Source: a virus. Taken from it: a stretch of DNA of 54,414 nucleotides. Where the stretch lies: the UHGV virus genome UHGV-0203854. One strand, written 5' to 3'. Shown here in pieces: positions 1 through 11,500 of this stretch (positions are counted from its first letter, which is position 1; each line of letters starts with the position of its first letter). The position numbers were made by a program, and so were the translations under genes. The notes below the pieces were generated by a model. The model was not told where the DNA came from and did not search any database. It saw nothing but the letters and a program-made list of their open reading frames with translations.

Positions 1-18
1 ATCTTGACACGTATAAGC

Positions 19-345
19 ATGAACATTTTACAATCACTGAAAGCAATATCTCTTTATCCAATACCAGCAGTGGTAATAGAAAATTATCTCGACGAGGTAG
101 GACTTACTTCATCAGAAGATATTACTGTTACTATTCGCAAAAGTGTTGAATACAGAACAGTTGTTGCAAACTTGTATCGTTGGTTAGCTCTTGCGCCAAA
201 TGTTACAGAGGGTGATGTAAATTATACACTGACAGACGCACAACGTGCAGACTTGCAAAGCAAAGCGGACGAGATAACCGCAAACATAAAAGCAGAAGAT
301 ACTACATATTTCTATGGTCGTGGTTACATGGGTGAGGACTTATGA
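19..345 (+). CDS. Head-tail connector/adaptor protein
   Basis: Follows the capsid gene across the circular junction; PNVTEGDVNYTL motif; ATG at 19. Confidence 0.65.
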   Translation: MNILQSLKAISLYPIPAVVIENYLDEVGLTSSEDITVTIRKSVEYRTVVANLYRWLALAPNVTEGDVNYTLTDAQRADLQSKADEITANIKAEDTTYFYGRGYMGEDL

Positions 346-656
346 TATACGGTGAGCAGACATTACAGAGAGCTATACGCACAGCAGGATTTGAAGACGC
401 ACAGGGCGATTTTCATCAAGAGCGTACAGAATGGGGAGACCTTATTCCGTGCGACATCAAACCGCTTGGCAAGGCATCTTCGACTGAGTACGGCAACGGA
501 AAGGTTATAGCATATTCATACGAAATTATGCTTGATTGCGATTGCGGAAATTTCCTTGAAGGAGATTTGGTTTGTCTGCATTTTCAAGACCGCAAAGAAG
601 TCTTATCTGTAATAGGTGTTGCAAGGCGCAAAACATACGTCAAGTTATGGGTATAG
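342..656 (+). CDS. Head closure (stopper) protein
   Basis: Position, size and GFEDAQGDF...W motif. Confidence 0.55.
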   Translation: MIYGEQTLQRAIRTAGFEDAQGDFHQERTEWGDLIPCDIKPLGKASSTEYGNGKVIAYSYEIMLDCDCGNFLEGDLVCLHFQDRKEVLSVIGVARRKTYVKLWV

Positions 657-1108
657 AAATGGCTACTTCGCAACAAGAGATAAACAACTACTTACAGCAT
701 GCACAAGAATTAATCTACAAAGCTGTTTTGAAAACGTTGTCATATCTTGGAGAAGAATGTATCAGGCGCATACGTCAGCGCAAAGACAACTGGATAGACC
801 GAACTGGTAATCTGAGAAGTTCAATAGGTTATGCTGTTCTGGAGCAGGGTAAGCAGAAAATTGCATCAACGTTTGAACAAGTAAAAGACGGAACGCAAGG
901 ACCGAAAGCAGGTAAGGAAGCTATCAATTATCTTGCTACACAATATGCAACAACATTCGCTCTCTGTGTAGTAGCAGGTATGGATTATGCGGAATACGTG
1001 GAAAAGATGGAAAATAAAGACGTGCTCGAAAGTACAAGATTATGGGCAGAAGAATTAATTGACGAATATATAAACAAAGCGATACAGAGTGCTTTAAATG
1101 CGTTGTAA
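647..1108 (+). CDS. HK97 gp10-like neck/tail-completion protein
   Basis: WIDRTGNLRSSIGY and AGMDYAEYVE motifs; ATG at 647. Confidence 0.8.
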   Translation: MGIEMATSQQEINNYLQHAQELIYKAVLKTLSYLGEECIRRIRQRKDNWIDRTGNLRSSIGYAVLEQGKQKIASTFEQVKDGTQGPKAGKEAINYLATQYATTFALCVVAGMDYAEYVEKMENKDVLESTRLWAEELIDEYINKAIQSALNAL

Positions 1109-1114
1109 GTTGAA

Positions 1115-1588
1115 ATGAAGACAGAGATAGACATACGTAACGATATCTACAATTATCTTAAAGATAGTGCGCTTGACCGTGCTATTACAGGTAAGTTATG
1201 TAAAGGCGTGCGCCCTACTCTATCAGACAGAGGAAAAGCGTACAAGCCTACAGGTGTTCGTTCACGTGCTGTTGGTATTGCTTCACCACTTGCAACAAAA
1301 ACAGGGGCAGAAGACATTACAATTCAGATACTTGCAAATCAATGCGCACAGATGCAGACCGCCACAATAAACGTGAACATCTATGTGTCAGACCTTTTTA
1401 GAGAGACATGGTACGAAGAAGACACGAAGCGGTTAGGTGAGTTAAGTCGCATTGCAGCTGAATTACTTTCTGTACACCAAGGTGCAGGGTTTCGGTTTGT
1501 TTTAGATAGTCAAACAATTTTTGCCGTATCAAGTACTAACGAGCATTGTATTAACAATCAATTAATCTACAAACAAATAAACAATTAA
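1115..1588 (+). CDS. Tail terminator-like protein
   Basis: Lies just before the tail tube gene; INVNIYV motif. Confidence 0.6.
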   Translation: MKTEIDIRNDIYNYLKDSALDRAITGKLCKGVRPTLSDRGKAYKPTGVRSRAVGIASPLATKTGAEDITIQILANQCAQMQTATINVNIYVSDLFRETWYEEDTKRLGELSRIAAELLSVHQGAGFRFVLDSQTIFAVSSTNEHCINNQLIYKQINN

Positions 1589-1592
1589 GATT

Positions 1593-2099
1593 ATGGCAGT
1601 CGTTTTATCGTGGGGTGAACCCACTATATATACAAAGAAAAAAGGCGAAGAAACGTGGGTTAAAATAGAATATCCACCAGTAGAAGGTTCTACAACGCTT
1701 GAAACTACCGAAGGTGATAAGACAGAAGCAAAAGTTGAAGGAGGTGAGAATGAGGCTGTACGTTACGCAAAGAACACGTATGCACTTAACACCCAATTCC
1801 GTTATGCACAAGGGCGTAAAAAGCCTATTAAGACATCAGACGGTCTTTCAACTGACCAATATGCTGTAATGGTTGTGCCAGAGAATGTAAATGCACCAGC
1901 ATTGTATATTGAAGACAGCAACGTACACTCAACAGACAGCTATACTTCTGCTGACGGTGGCATGATACAATACAAGTTTGATGCACTGAGGGCAAGTACG
2001 GGTGACCAAATTAAATGGGGTACAGCAACCATTGATGGTTCAACCCATTTGCCAACATCGTTTGTTGAGCTTGACGGAACTTCAAATTTGCTTGAATAA
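1593..2099 (+). CDS. Major tail (tube) protein
   Basis: LSWGEP...STTLETTEGDKTEAKVEGGE motif typical of Bacteroidota siphovirus tail tubes; synteny. Confidence 0.75.
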   Translation: MAVVLSWGEPTIYTKKKGEETWVKIEYPPVEGSTTLETTEGDKTEAKVEGGENEAVRYAKNTYALNTQFRYAQGRKKPIKTSDGLSTDQYAVMVVPENVNAPALYIEDSNVHSTDSYTSADGGMIQYKFDALRASTGDQIKWGTATIDGSTHLPTSFVELDGTSNLLE

Positions 2100-2181
2100 C
2101 CTGTGTACATCTACAAGTTTTTAAAGTGTGACGTGTGGAAAGACACCCCTTTGCAGTTCGGTAGGTTAGAATTGTATTTCT

Positions 2182-2254
2182 CGCAGAATGGAGCAGTTGG
2201 TAGCTCGCTACCCTCATACGGTAGAGGTCGCAGGTTCAAGTCCTGCTTCTGCAA
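2182..2254 (+). tRNA. tRNA-Met(CAT), initiator-like (C1xA72 mismatch) with an atypical anticodon stem; CCA not encoded
   Basis: Cloverleaf: acceptor CGCAGAA/TTCTGCA, D-arm GAGC-AGTTGGTA-GCTC, anticodon arm CTACC-CTCATAC-GGTAG, T-arm GCAGG-TTCAAGT-CCTGC. Confidence 0.92.
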
Positions 2255-2279
2255 CAAAAGACACGCATAACGCTAACTT

Positions 2280-2999
2280 ATGACGGATAATACTGCACAC
2301 ATAACAGAAGAAATGCTTTCTAATGCAATGTTAGAACGTCCTACTGTGTTCACTTTACACAAGCGAACATTCTACATTTACCCTATTACATTAGGGAAAA
2401 TGCAGTTAATTAGTCGTACATTAAAGGCTTTGAACATCAACAAAGAACTATTACACGTCAATTCACAACTTGCAACACTGCTCTTAACAAAGCAAAACAA
2501 GCGTAATGTGTGCCGCTTGATAGCAATTTTGACCGCAAAAAGCAAAAAAAATGTGTTTAACGAAACTTTTATACAAGAAACAGCAAAATATATAATGCGT
2601 CATGCGTCAAACGAAGATATTGCATCTGTGCTAACTGTTGTGCTTACAAGTGATGATTTGTCTACATATATCAAGCATATTGGATTAGACAAAGAAACAG
2701 AACGTATGCAAAGCGTGTTACGTGCAAAAAACGAAAACAACACATATTCCTTTGGCTGTAAGAGTCTGTACGGACAACTTATAGACAGAGCGTGTGAACG
2801 GTACGGTTGGACTTATGATTATGTTGTGTGGGGCATAAGCTACATCAATTTGCAATTAATGTTAGCAGACCAAAACCAAACCGTATATCTTACAGACGAA
2901 GAACGAAAGAAAGTTTGTTTTGCACCAAGCGGAACTGAAACATTGAGAGCAGACGACCCTAAAAACATAGAACGCATTAAGGCAATGAATTGGAAATAA
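2280..2999 (+). CDS. Tail assembly chaperone
   Basis: Between tail tube and tape measure genes; YPITLGK and YGWTYDYVVWGISYINLQLMLAD motifs. Confidence 0.75.
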   Translation: MTDNTAHITEEMLSNAMLERPTVFTLHKRTFYIYPITLGKMQLISRTLKALNINKELLHVNSQLATLLLTKQNKRNVCRLIAILTAKSKKNVFNETFIQETAKYIMRHASNEDIASVLTVVLTSDDLSTYIKHIGLDKETERMQSVLRAKNENNTYSFGCKSLYGQLIDRACERYGWTYDYVVWGISYINLQLMLADQNQTVYLTDEERKKVCFAPSGTETLRADDPKNIERIKAMNWK

Positions 3000-3006
3000 C
3001 AGCACA

Positions 3007-6000
3007 ATGGCAAAAAAAGGCATAAACTTTGTAATATCTGTAGACAACAAGCAAGCAGACACTGCAATTAGGTCTACACAGCAATCTTTTCGGAACATGG
3101 CTTCTCAAATGAAAGGACTGGGAAGTAATGTTGATAATGCTGTAAACAATTCATTTAGCAACATTGGCAAATCGGTCAAAAAAACAGCTACAGAAATAAC
3201 AGCAAGCATGGCTTCCATTGGCAAGTCAATGTTAGGTTTTACAGCTTTTCAGCAAGGTGCGCAATATGTACGTGAGTTTGTTGGCGAAATCGGAAGCTTC
3301 AAAAAGGCTATGACAGAAGTGTCAACAATATCGTCACAAGTTGCTGGTGACATGGAAGGCTTCTCTAACAAGGTTCTACAAATGACGAGCCAAATTCCAG
3401 TTGGAGCGACTGAAAGCGCAAAAGCGTTATATCAAATAGAGAGTGCATCGCATCATGGCGCAGACGCTCTAAATATTCTTGAACAATCGGCAAAGGCTGC
3501 TATTGGTGGCGTTACGGATACAGCAACAGCTGCAGACGCTATTACAACAATTCTAAATGCGTATCACATGAGCGCAGACCAAGCTCAAGCGGTAAGCGAT
3601 AAATTGTTCATGACTGTGCGAAACGGTAAAACAACATGGAATGAACTTGCACACAGCATTGCTAATGTAGCACCAGCAGCTGCATCTTACGGAGTCAGCC
3701 TTGATGAAATGTTGGCTGCTATTGCAACAATGACAAAGCAGGGCGTACAGACAGCAAATGCAGTAACCCAACTTAATGCAGTAATAACAGCAGGAACAAG
3801 CGCATTAGGTGATGGTGCGTTTCGCTCTCGCTCATTTGCAGATGCTATTGCAATGATAGAACATGCAGCAAACGGCAGTGATTTGGCGTTAAAAGCAGAA
3901 TTAGGTAATGTACGTGCTATGCGTGCAGTCTTTACTCTTGGCGGTGATAGTGCGAAGCTTTTTGCAGGCGACCTTAACGATATTAGTAATTCTGCTGGTT
4001 CTGCATCAAGCGCATACGAGAAGATGAGCAACACTCTTGGCGCACAACAGAAACTTCTAAAAAACAACATCACAAACTTGCTGACAGATTTAGTGGGCGG
4101 TGTGAACGCCTCATTGAAAGATGTTGTAAAGTTTATTAACAAGGCGTTTGAAACAGGTGAAGCACAGAAGTTTGTTAATGCTATCAAAGAACTTGTTATA
4201 GTGTATGGTTCGTATCGTGCGACAATTATTGCGACAAATGCAGTAATGAAGATACACAAAACAATTATGGAAGCTACACGAGTTGAAATGGCGTTAGCAA
4301 AATTAGCTTCTATTGAATGCACTACTGCACAAGCAATGCAAGCTGCAAGCCTTAAAGTGTTATCGCGTGCGTGGAAAACTCTTACAACGTCAATGCTTGC
4401 TAATCCTGTAATGTGGGTTGTTGGTGCTATTACAGCTCTTGTATATGCGACCTACAAACTTGTTACAGCTAACAACGATGCAGAAGTAGCACAGAACTCT
4501 TTGAACAGACAGATAGACAATTACAACAATAAAACATCGGAAGCACGTAACAAGACAAATGAATTTATAGACGCATTGCGTGACCAAAACAAAACGTTGT
4601 ACCAACAAGAAAAGGCGTATAAAGACCTCATAAAACAACGTGGAATTTTTGCCAAATACAGCATAGAGCAATTAAAAGCCATGTCGCAAGACGACATTGA
4701 AAAGTTGATTAACCAGTCTGACCAAGAACAAGAGTTACAACAACGTGCCAACCAGATTAAAGCCATTCAAGACCTTTTGCTACAACTTAAACCTGTAGAA
4801 GAATTAAATGACCGTGTTACTGTTTGGGGAGCTAATGCTACATACGCAAAAAAATACGACAAACAATATGGTTTGCAAGGGTCAGCTTTTTCTTTGCAAG
4901 ATATATACAATAAAGACATGAGCATTTGGACTGGAAATTGGAGCAGTCAGTGGGAAGCCGTGTTATCTCGAAACAAACAATATCTTGCGCAAATGAAGCA
5001 GGATATTACAGACGCTAATCTACACGAAGCACTTATACCTCAATCCAAAGAGCTTGAAGAATATTACATAGATGCTGAAAAAGCAGTTGATGTGTATCTT
5101 AATGCAATAAAAAAAATACCAGAAACCAGCCGTGAAGGAAGTGCGTCAGTTGCAAAGTTAAGCTCAACTGCAACAACAGCAATGAATGCAGTACGTAACA
5201 CGATATTGCGCAAAAAGGCAGAACTGCAAACAGAGCTAACGAAAAATCCAACAGATGTAAAAATACAGGCTCAAATTGAAAATTACAATAAAGTACTTTC
5301 TGACATAGAAACACTTGCAACATTGATACAGAACGGTGGCAAGCCGTGGGCTATTGATGTGCTTGTTAATTATCGCAAAGGTAAGATGCAGTTTGATGCG
5401 TCACAATTCAGCGGGCTTGATTTTACAAACAAACCGTTGACTGCATCTGCATTCCAAGGTAGAGCGAATAAAGGAATACAACAATTTCCTTTAATGGGCA
5501 TCAACTTTAGCAATCGCCAACAAGTGGCACAAGCAAGCGCATCAAGCGAGACGAAGCAAACAACACCCGAAGACACGTATAAACAACAGCAAGAAGCAGA
5601 AAAAGCGAAACAAAAGGCAGAGCAAGCACGACAAAGAGCAGAAGCAAAGCGTGAGCAGGAAACGCGAAAAAAACAACAAACAGAATTACGCAAGTTTGAG
5701 CGCACAATTAAGCAACAGCGTGAAAAAATCGATGCACAAATGCAGATTGAAGACGCTAATACAGCACTGCTACCTGAAAGCAAGACTAAGGCATCACGGA
5801 AAGCTCTTGATGATTATAACAAAACTGTTGAGAGCTTGCGCAGGGAATACGAAGACATACGCAAACAACGTTTCAACGATGCTCTTGCAGAATGGCAGGA
5901 AGATAATCCAGAATGGGCAAAGAAAGGTAAAACGTTTGGCAAAACTCTGAACGATTTTCAGCTTACTTCACAAGAGCAAGAAGCGTGGGATAAGCGCAAT

Positions 6001-8175
6001 GAAGTAGCACGTCAAGCATACGAGAAGCAGATTAAAGAGGCTAACGAAGCAGATTTGCAATATATGCTCAACTACCTTAAAGAATACGGCAACATGCAAG
6101 AACAACGTGTTGCACTTGCACAATTGTACGATGCAAAGATAGCGAAAAGCAATAACGAGTACGAAAAGAAATCATTACAACGTGAAAAACAAAAGGCGTT
6201 ATCAGACAAAGATAATGCCTATATGCTTAAAAACATAGACTTTGCAAGTGTATTCGACCAATTGGGGGGCATGATTAAAGAACCGCTTGAAAATGCGTTA
6301 AAAGAATTACGTGCATACACTCGCACAGGCGATTTTAAAAATAAAAGCACAGAAGAAAAAAAAGCTATATATGACGCAATTAATAGCGCAGAAAGCAAAC
6401 TAAATTGGCAGTTAAGAGAATTGAACTTCAAAAAAGTTGGAGTTGATTTAGACGCATACAACAATGCTGTAATTAAGGCTAAGAACGCAGAAGAACAAGT
6501 TGCAACAACATTTGCACGTTTGCAAGATGCACAAGAACAATATAACAAGGCGTTGAAAACAGGTAACTCAACAGTTATTTTGTCGGCAAAGCAAAACTTT
6601 GACAACGCAAAGACAGATAACGACAATGCAAACCAAAATAAAGCAAATGCAGACAACGAGCAGGCTGAAGCAAACGAAAACTTGAAAACATCTGCAACAG
6701 GTCTTGCAAAAAGCCTTGAAGGTGTGCAAAACGTTGCACAAGCTATTGCAAGTGGCAGTGCTTCGCAAGTGTGGAAATCATTGCCTAACGAAGCGCAGAA
6801 AAGCGTTACAGATGCACTTGCTAAGGTTTTTGGCGGCAAGTCTGATTTTATTTCACAGATAATAGGTGCAATATTGTCTATATTAGACATTTTGAAAGAC
6901 GGTATCGGCACATTGATTAGCGGTTTAATAGACAGTATTTTTAGTGCCGTTTCTGGTTTGCTGAAAAACATTTTGTCAGGTGAATTTCTTGAACAAATAG
7001 TGTCTTCTGTAAGAAAAGGATGGGATAGTATTCTTAACTCGATAACGCTTGGCGGATTTCACAGCTGGATTGGTAGTGGAGGAAACGCAAGCAAAGTAGA
7101 AAAAGAAGAAAAACGGCTCAATAAACAATTAGAACGAGTTGCAACGGCTCTTGATAAATTACGTGAACAACTTGACGACAGCAAAGGCGGTTACAAAACT
7201 ATCGAGGCAGGGCAAAAAGCACTCGAAGCAGCGCAAAAAAAAGAAGAACTTAATCAGAAGAAGCTTGCAAATCGCATGGGCTACACAAAGTCACATCGCT
7301 CAAATACATATCGCTTGCGGCGAGCATTAAAAGACGAAGATTACGATGCTATTTCAGAAGTGGTAGGCAGAGACATACGTAGCGTTGATGATATATACAA
7401 AATGTCTTCAGAAGAAATGTCTACACTGCGTGCGAATGACGCTCTTACATGGGATAAGCTCGTTTCTACAGGCGCATACGATTGGGAAAAATATTGGAAC
7501 GCTGTAGCAGACGCAGGTGACGATGTGAAAGAAATTACGGAACAAATAAAAGAAAAGCTTACTTCAATATCTTTTGATAGTGTCTATGATGGTTTCCGTG
7601 ACATGCTGTCAGATATGGATAGTAGCGTGCAAGATTTCTCGGATAATGCAAGCGAAATGATATACAAAGCCCTTATGGGTAATTTTGTAGCAGACAAGTA
7701 TCAGGAGCAACTGAAAGCATGGTACGACAAAATGGCAGGTTATCTTAAAGACCAAAACGGAGATTTGACGCAAACACAAATAAAAGACCTAACGAACGAA
7801 TATACCGAAATGGCAAAATCTGCACAAAAACAACGTGATTACATTGCGCAGATAACTGGTTATGCAGAGTCTTCTCAACAAGGCACGACAAAAGGGTTTA
7901 GTGCAATGGACCAAGACACAGCAAGTGAGTTAAACGGTCGCTTCACAGCTTTGCAAGTATCTAACGAGAACATATCAACAGCTATGCAGAACTGCTTAAC
8001 ACAACTCGTAGACATGAATGTTACAATATTTAACGGTGTTGGAATACTTGACGATATACGCACACTTCATGCACTTGCGAACAACATGTTAAGTGATGTT
8101 GTTACAAATACGAAGCCTTTGCGAGAACTGAACGAAAAAATAGACAGACTAATACAAAACACTAACAATTTGTAA
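3007..8175 (+). CDS. Tape measure protein
   Basis: 1722 aa, Ala-rich and helical, TP901-type core, C-terminal MDQDTASELNGRFTALQ motif. Confidence 0.95.
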   Translation: MAKKGINFVISVDNKQADTAIRSTQQSFRNMASQMKGLGSNVDNAVNNSFSNIGKSVKKTATEITASMASIGKSMLGFTAFQQGAQYVREFVGEIGSFKKAMTEVSTISSQVAGDMEGFSNKVLQMTSQIPVGATESAKALYQIESASHHGADALNILEQSAKAAIGGVTDTATAADAITTILNAYHMSADQAQAVSDKLFMTVRNGKTTWNELAHSIANVAPAAASYGVSLDEMLAAIATMTKQGVQTANAVTQLNAVITAGTSALGDGAFRSRSFADAIAMIEHAANGSDLALKAELGNVRAMRAVFTLGGDSAKLFAGDLNDISNSAGSASSAYEKMSNTLGAQQKLLKNNITNLLTDLVGGVNASLKDVVKFINKAFETGEAQKFVNAIKELVIVYGSYRATIIATNAVMKIHKTIMEATRVEMALAKLASIECTTAQAMQAASLKVLSRAWKTLTTSMLANPVMWVVGAITALVYATYKLVTANNDAEVAQNSLNRQIDNYNNKTSEARNKTNEFIDALRDQNKTLYQQEKAYKDLIKQRGIFAKYSIEQLKAMSQDDIEKLINQSDQEQELQQRANQIKAIQDLLLQLKPVEELNDRVTVWGANATYAKKYDKQYGLQGSAFSLQDIYNKDMSIWTGNWSSQWEAVLSRNKQYLAQMKQDITDANLHEALIPQSKELEEYYIDAEKAVDVYLNAIKKIPETSREGSASVAKLSSTATTAMNAVRNTILRKKAELQTELTKNPTDVKIQAQIENYNKVLSDIETLATLIQNGGKPWAIDVLVNYRKGKMQFDASQFSGLDFTNKPLTASAFQGRANKGIQQFPLMGINFSNRQQVAQASASSETKQTTPEDTYKQQQEAEKAKQKAEQARQRAEAKREQETRKKQQTELRKFERTIKQQREKIDAQMQIEDANTALLPESKTKASRKALDDYNKTVESLRREYEDIRKQRFNDALAEWQEDNPEWAKKGKTFGKTLNDFQLTSQEQEAWDKRNEVARQAYEKQIKEANEADLQYMLNYLKEYGNMQEQRVALAQLYDAKIAKSNNEYEKKSLQREKQKALSDKDNAYMLKNIDFASVFDQLGGMIKEPLENALKELRAYTRTGDFKNKSTEEKKAIYDAINSAESKLNWQLRELNFKKVGVDLDAYNNAVIKAKNAEEQVATTFARLQDAQEQYNKALKTGNSTVILSAKQNFDNAKTDNDNANQNKANADNEQAEANENLKTSATGLAKSLEGVQNVAQAIASGSASQVWKSLPNEAQKSVTDALAKVFGGKSDFISQIIGAILSILDILKDGIGTLISGLIDSIFSAVSGLLKNILSGEFLEQIVSSVRKGWDSILNSITLGGFHSWIGSGGNASKVEKEEKRLNKQLERVATALDKLREQLDDSKGGYKTIEAGQKALEAAQKKEELNQKKLANRMGYTKSHRSNTYRLRRALKDEDYDAISEVVGRDIRSVDDIYKMSSEEMSTLRANDALTWDKLVSTGAYDWEKYWNAVADAGDDVKEITEQIKEKLTSISFDSVYDGFRDMLSDMDSSVQDFSDNASEMIYKALMGNFVADKYQEQLKAWYDKMAGYLKDQNGDLTQTQIKDLTNEYTEMAKSAQKQRDYIAQITGYAESSQQGTTKGFSAMDQDTASELNGRFTALQVSNENISTAMQNCLTQLVDMNVTIFNGVGILDDIRTLHALANNMLSDVVTNTKPLRELNEKIDRLIQNTNNL

Positions 8176-8179
8176 AACT

Positions 8180-8599
8180 ATGCCTGTAGGACAATTATTT
8201 ATTAACAATAGAGACGCTTATACAGAGTGGGGAATATCACTTTCTACAGACGGATTGAGTGCGTTAATGACCCCAACGAGCATAAAAACATTTGTGTCAG
8301 ATGATTGTAGATTGAAAAACGGCACAGATTACATAGTAGACAACATTAGAGTAACAGAACGTTCTATTACTTTGCCGTTAGTAATGTCTGCACCAACAGA
8401 AAAAGCTTTTTTTAATCAGCACAGCATGTTTTGTCAAGAATTGAAGAAAGTACAACTGAATGTTAAAACGTCATTCCAAAGCGGTGTAGTGTATAAATGC
8501 TTGTACCAATCATGCACTCAATACGCTCAATACATGCGAGGTATTGCAAAATTTACGCTAAAACTTATAGAACCTAACCCAACAGATAGAAATGAGTAA
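8180..8599 (+). CDS. Distal tail (Dit)-like protein
   Basis: Follows the tape measure gene; INNRDAYTEWG and EPNPTDR motifs. Confidence 0.7.
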   Translation: MPVGQLFINNRDAYTEWGISLSTDGLSALMTPTSIKTFVSDDCRLKNGTDYIVDNIRVTERSITLPLVMSAPTEKAFFNQHSMFCQELKKVQLNVKTSFQSGVVYKCLYQSCTQYAQYMRGIAKFTLKLIEPNPTDRNE

Positions 8600-11500
8600 T
8601 TACATAACAATATACACTGCACAAGGAAAACCAAAAATAGATGTAACATTAAGCGCATCTTCTGTTTGTTGCAGACAAATAGGCACAACTGACTACATTA
8701 AGTTAGTTTTCTCTTTGTCTACTCCTTTGTTGTTTGTGCTGGGTGACTATGCAGAATGGAATGGTAAACGCTATATCTGTAATACGCACACAAAACCTAC
8801 ATACAATACAGAAACAGCATCGTACAAATATGAATTACAGCTTGATGCGTGGTATCTTTCATGGTCTAAACGCATATTCAGATTTGCGCCACAGGTCGGC
8901 TCGCACGAGGCATCATGGTCTTATACTGCAACGCTTGACAAACATTTGGATATTATTCTAAAAAACCTCACTGCAAACAGTTTTTATTACAACGGACTTG
9001 CAGGAACAGGTGACACTGATATATCTTATTACATACACACGAACGACATTAAAGACGTAGCAGAAGCAAAAGTACTTACTTACTCTAACACTAACATCAT
9101 TGAGGCGTTGAACATGATGTGCAACAGCGACATGTGGGATTGCGAGTGGTGGATTAACAACAACGTTATACACGTTGGAAAATTATATAAAAAAACCGCA
9201 CTCGTAAACATGTCAATAGGCAACAACTTAAAAACAATTACATCATCAGCGAGTGCAACAGATTATGCTACACGTATATATGCGTTTGGTTCTACACGTA
9301 ACATACCCTCTTATTACCGCAAAACCTTAACATTTGTTGCTGGAGGTGAAGTTGACATTACTGATGACAGCAAACCACTTGATTACGATTACTTACAAGA
9401 CAATGCATTTACAGGTGGTCAACGCTACAAAGAGACAACATTAGAGCTGGCAGACAAAACGGTAATTGGCGAAGTAGGTAAAACAGCTTCAATAGACGAT
9501 ATTACATTAGTAGAAAATGTAACATCAGGACAATATTTTGACTTTGTTCCAAACGAAAATTGGCTCTCGTGGTCTGTTATCGGAAAAAGTGGACTTTCAA
9601 GTGTACAGATGTCAATATCTCTTGTAGCTACATTTAGCGATAATACAGAACAAGAAATAAACATTTCATCTGCATTACATTCAGATATTGTCTATTCAAA
9701 AGAATTATCTAGTGCAGTGTTTGATACTGTATTTGTGTCTGAATACTCTTTGTATGTTCCATCTGGCAAATATCTTAAAAAAATGCGTCTTAAAGCTGCA
9801 TTAACGCCAAAAAACAAGGAAAATACAACTGTTGATTATCAGCTTGCATTCAAAGTGCGTGGTAACGTGCTTATGCGTGTTCTAAAGCCAACGGCACAAG
9901 AAGTACAAATTACCCTATCTGACGGAACAAGCGGAACAGCAACATTTGTACCTACAACAAAAAGGCTTACACTTAACAACGGTCTAAAAACAAAGAAAGG
10001 TAGTACGTACACAGTCAACAACCTTTATAAAAGTGAAGTTCCATCTGTTTGGTGGAAAAGCGAATATGACAGCTTACTTGTTACGAGCGTTGTAGAAGAA
10101 CACCTTATGCTACCAGCTGAAACAGGTGGTTACATTGACGCAGAACAAGACCTAAAAGAACACCCAGAAAACATTGTTGAAGCAGTTGTTGTTTTTGATG
10201 ATGTATATCCAAAGCGTGAGAGTGTTATTACTAACATTAAGACACGTACATTGTACGACAAAATAGAACAAAAAGATGGTAGTTATATACGAGAAGCACA
10301 TTACGCTTATCGTGTGTATAGCGTAGAACAAGATTTTAAACGGCAGTACATTATTAAGGGAGAGACGCTAAGAATACGTTTTATCTCTGGTTCGTTGTCC
10401 GGTATGGAATTTGATGCAACGTTTATTTCGAGCGATGAAGATGGAAAGCAATGTTTTGAAGTTGTGCGTAACGACACATACGGCAGAACTTTGCCTGATG
10501 AGATCTTAAAACCTAATGTAGGTGACGAATATGTGTTACTTAACTTCGACATAGAATATGTAGGCAACAGCTATGTTCCAGAAGCAGAAAAGGAGCTACA
10601 GAAATACGCAGAAGAATATGTACAAAACAGCAAAATAGACCCTAACACATACGAATGTACAATGTTAAGTCGTGCTGCCTACAACCTATACAAAAAAAGC
10701 AACCGTAAAGTTGAATACGATTTAGGACAAAGAGTAATCCTTGCCAATAGCGCATTCTTTAACGATGGAAGCCGTGAGAGTCGTGTATTAGGGTACGAAT
10801 ACAAAATGGACATTCCATATGACGCACCAAAATACATTATTGGCGAAAAACCAACATACTCACGCCTTAGCGACCTGAGTAAACAAATTGACAATGTAAC
10901 ATATAAAGGACAGACGTTTACAGGAATTAGCGGTAACGGTTGTAATTGTCCAAAATTGTACGTTATTGGAGCGAATGACAACACAGAATGGACTGACAGT
11001 AACGTATTATCAGCACGCAGAGTTTGGAACGACTTCATAAGCAAATTGCGTGACGAAGTGACACCGTACGGACTAAGCATTGGAAAAGATTTGTCTGTGA
11101 ATGGCCAAGCGACAATTGCAGGCAAACTAACTGTACTTGCCACAACTTATCTACAGGCAATTAAAGCGTTATCGTTAGTTGATTACAGCTACAAGAGCGG
11201 TGATGCCTATTCTGGCGGTAAAGGCTTCGCATTGTATAACAACAACGGCAAAAGCACACTTGAAGTTGATAATCTTACAGTAAGACTTAAAGCCGTCTTT
11301 TCTGAATTAGAAATACGCAAATTATCGTCTGTGGGTGGCAACATTGTGCTGTCTGCTGCGTCAAGCACAATTGAGCATGTGACAGGCGAAAATGGCATGT
11401 ATTGTTGTTATCTTAACGCAGATGATGGAACAATGTCTACAACTAATGCATGGGTTGTTGGCGATATTGTACGTTGCCAGACATTTAACGTTGAAGAAGG

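Noticed and set aside
2280..2999. Programmed G/GT frameshift in the tail chaperone
   Set aside because: A single ORF spans the whole interval up to the tape measure gene, so no second frame is needed.
3553..8063. Long antisense ORFs within the tape measure gene and other large genes
   Set aside because: They are shadow frames of codon-biased genes with no recognisable motifs.
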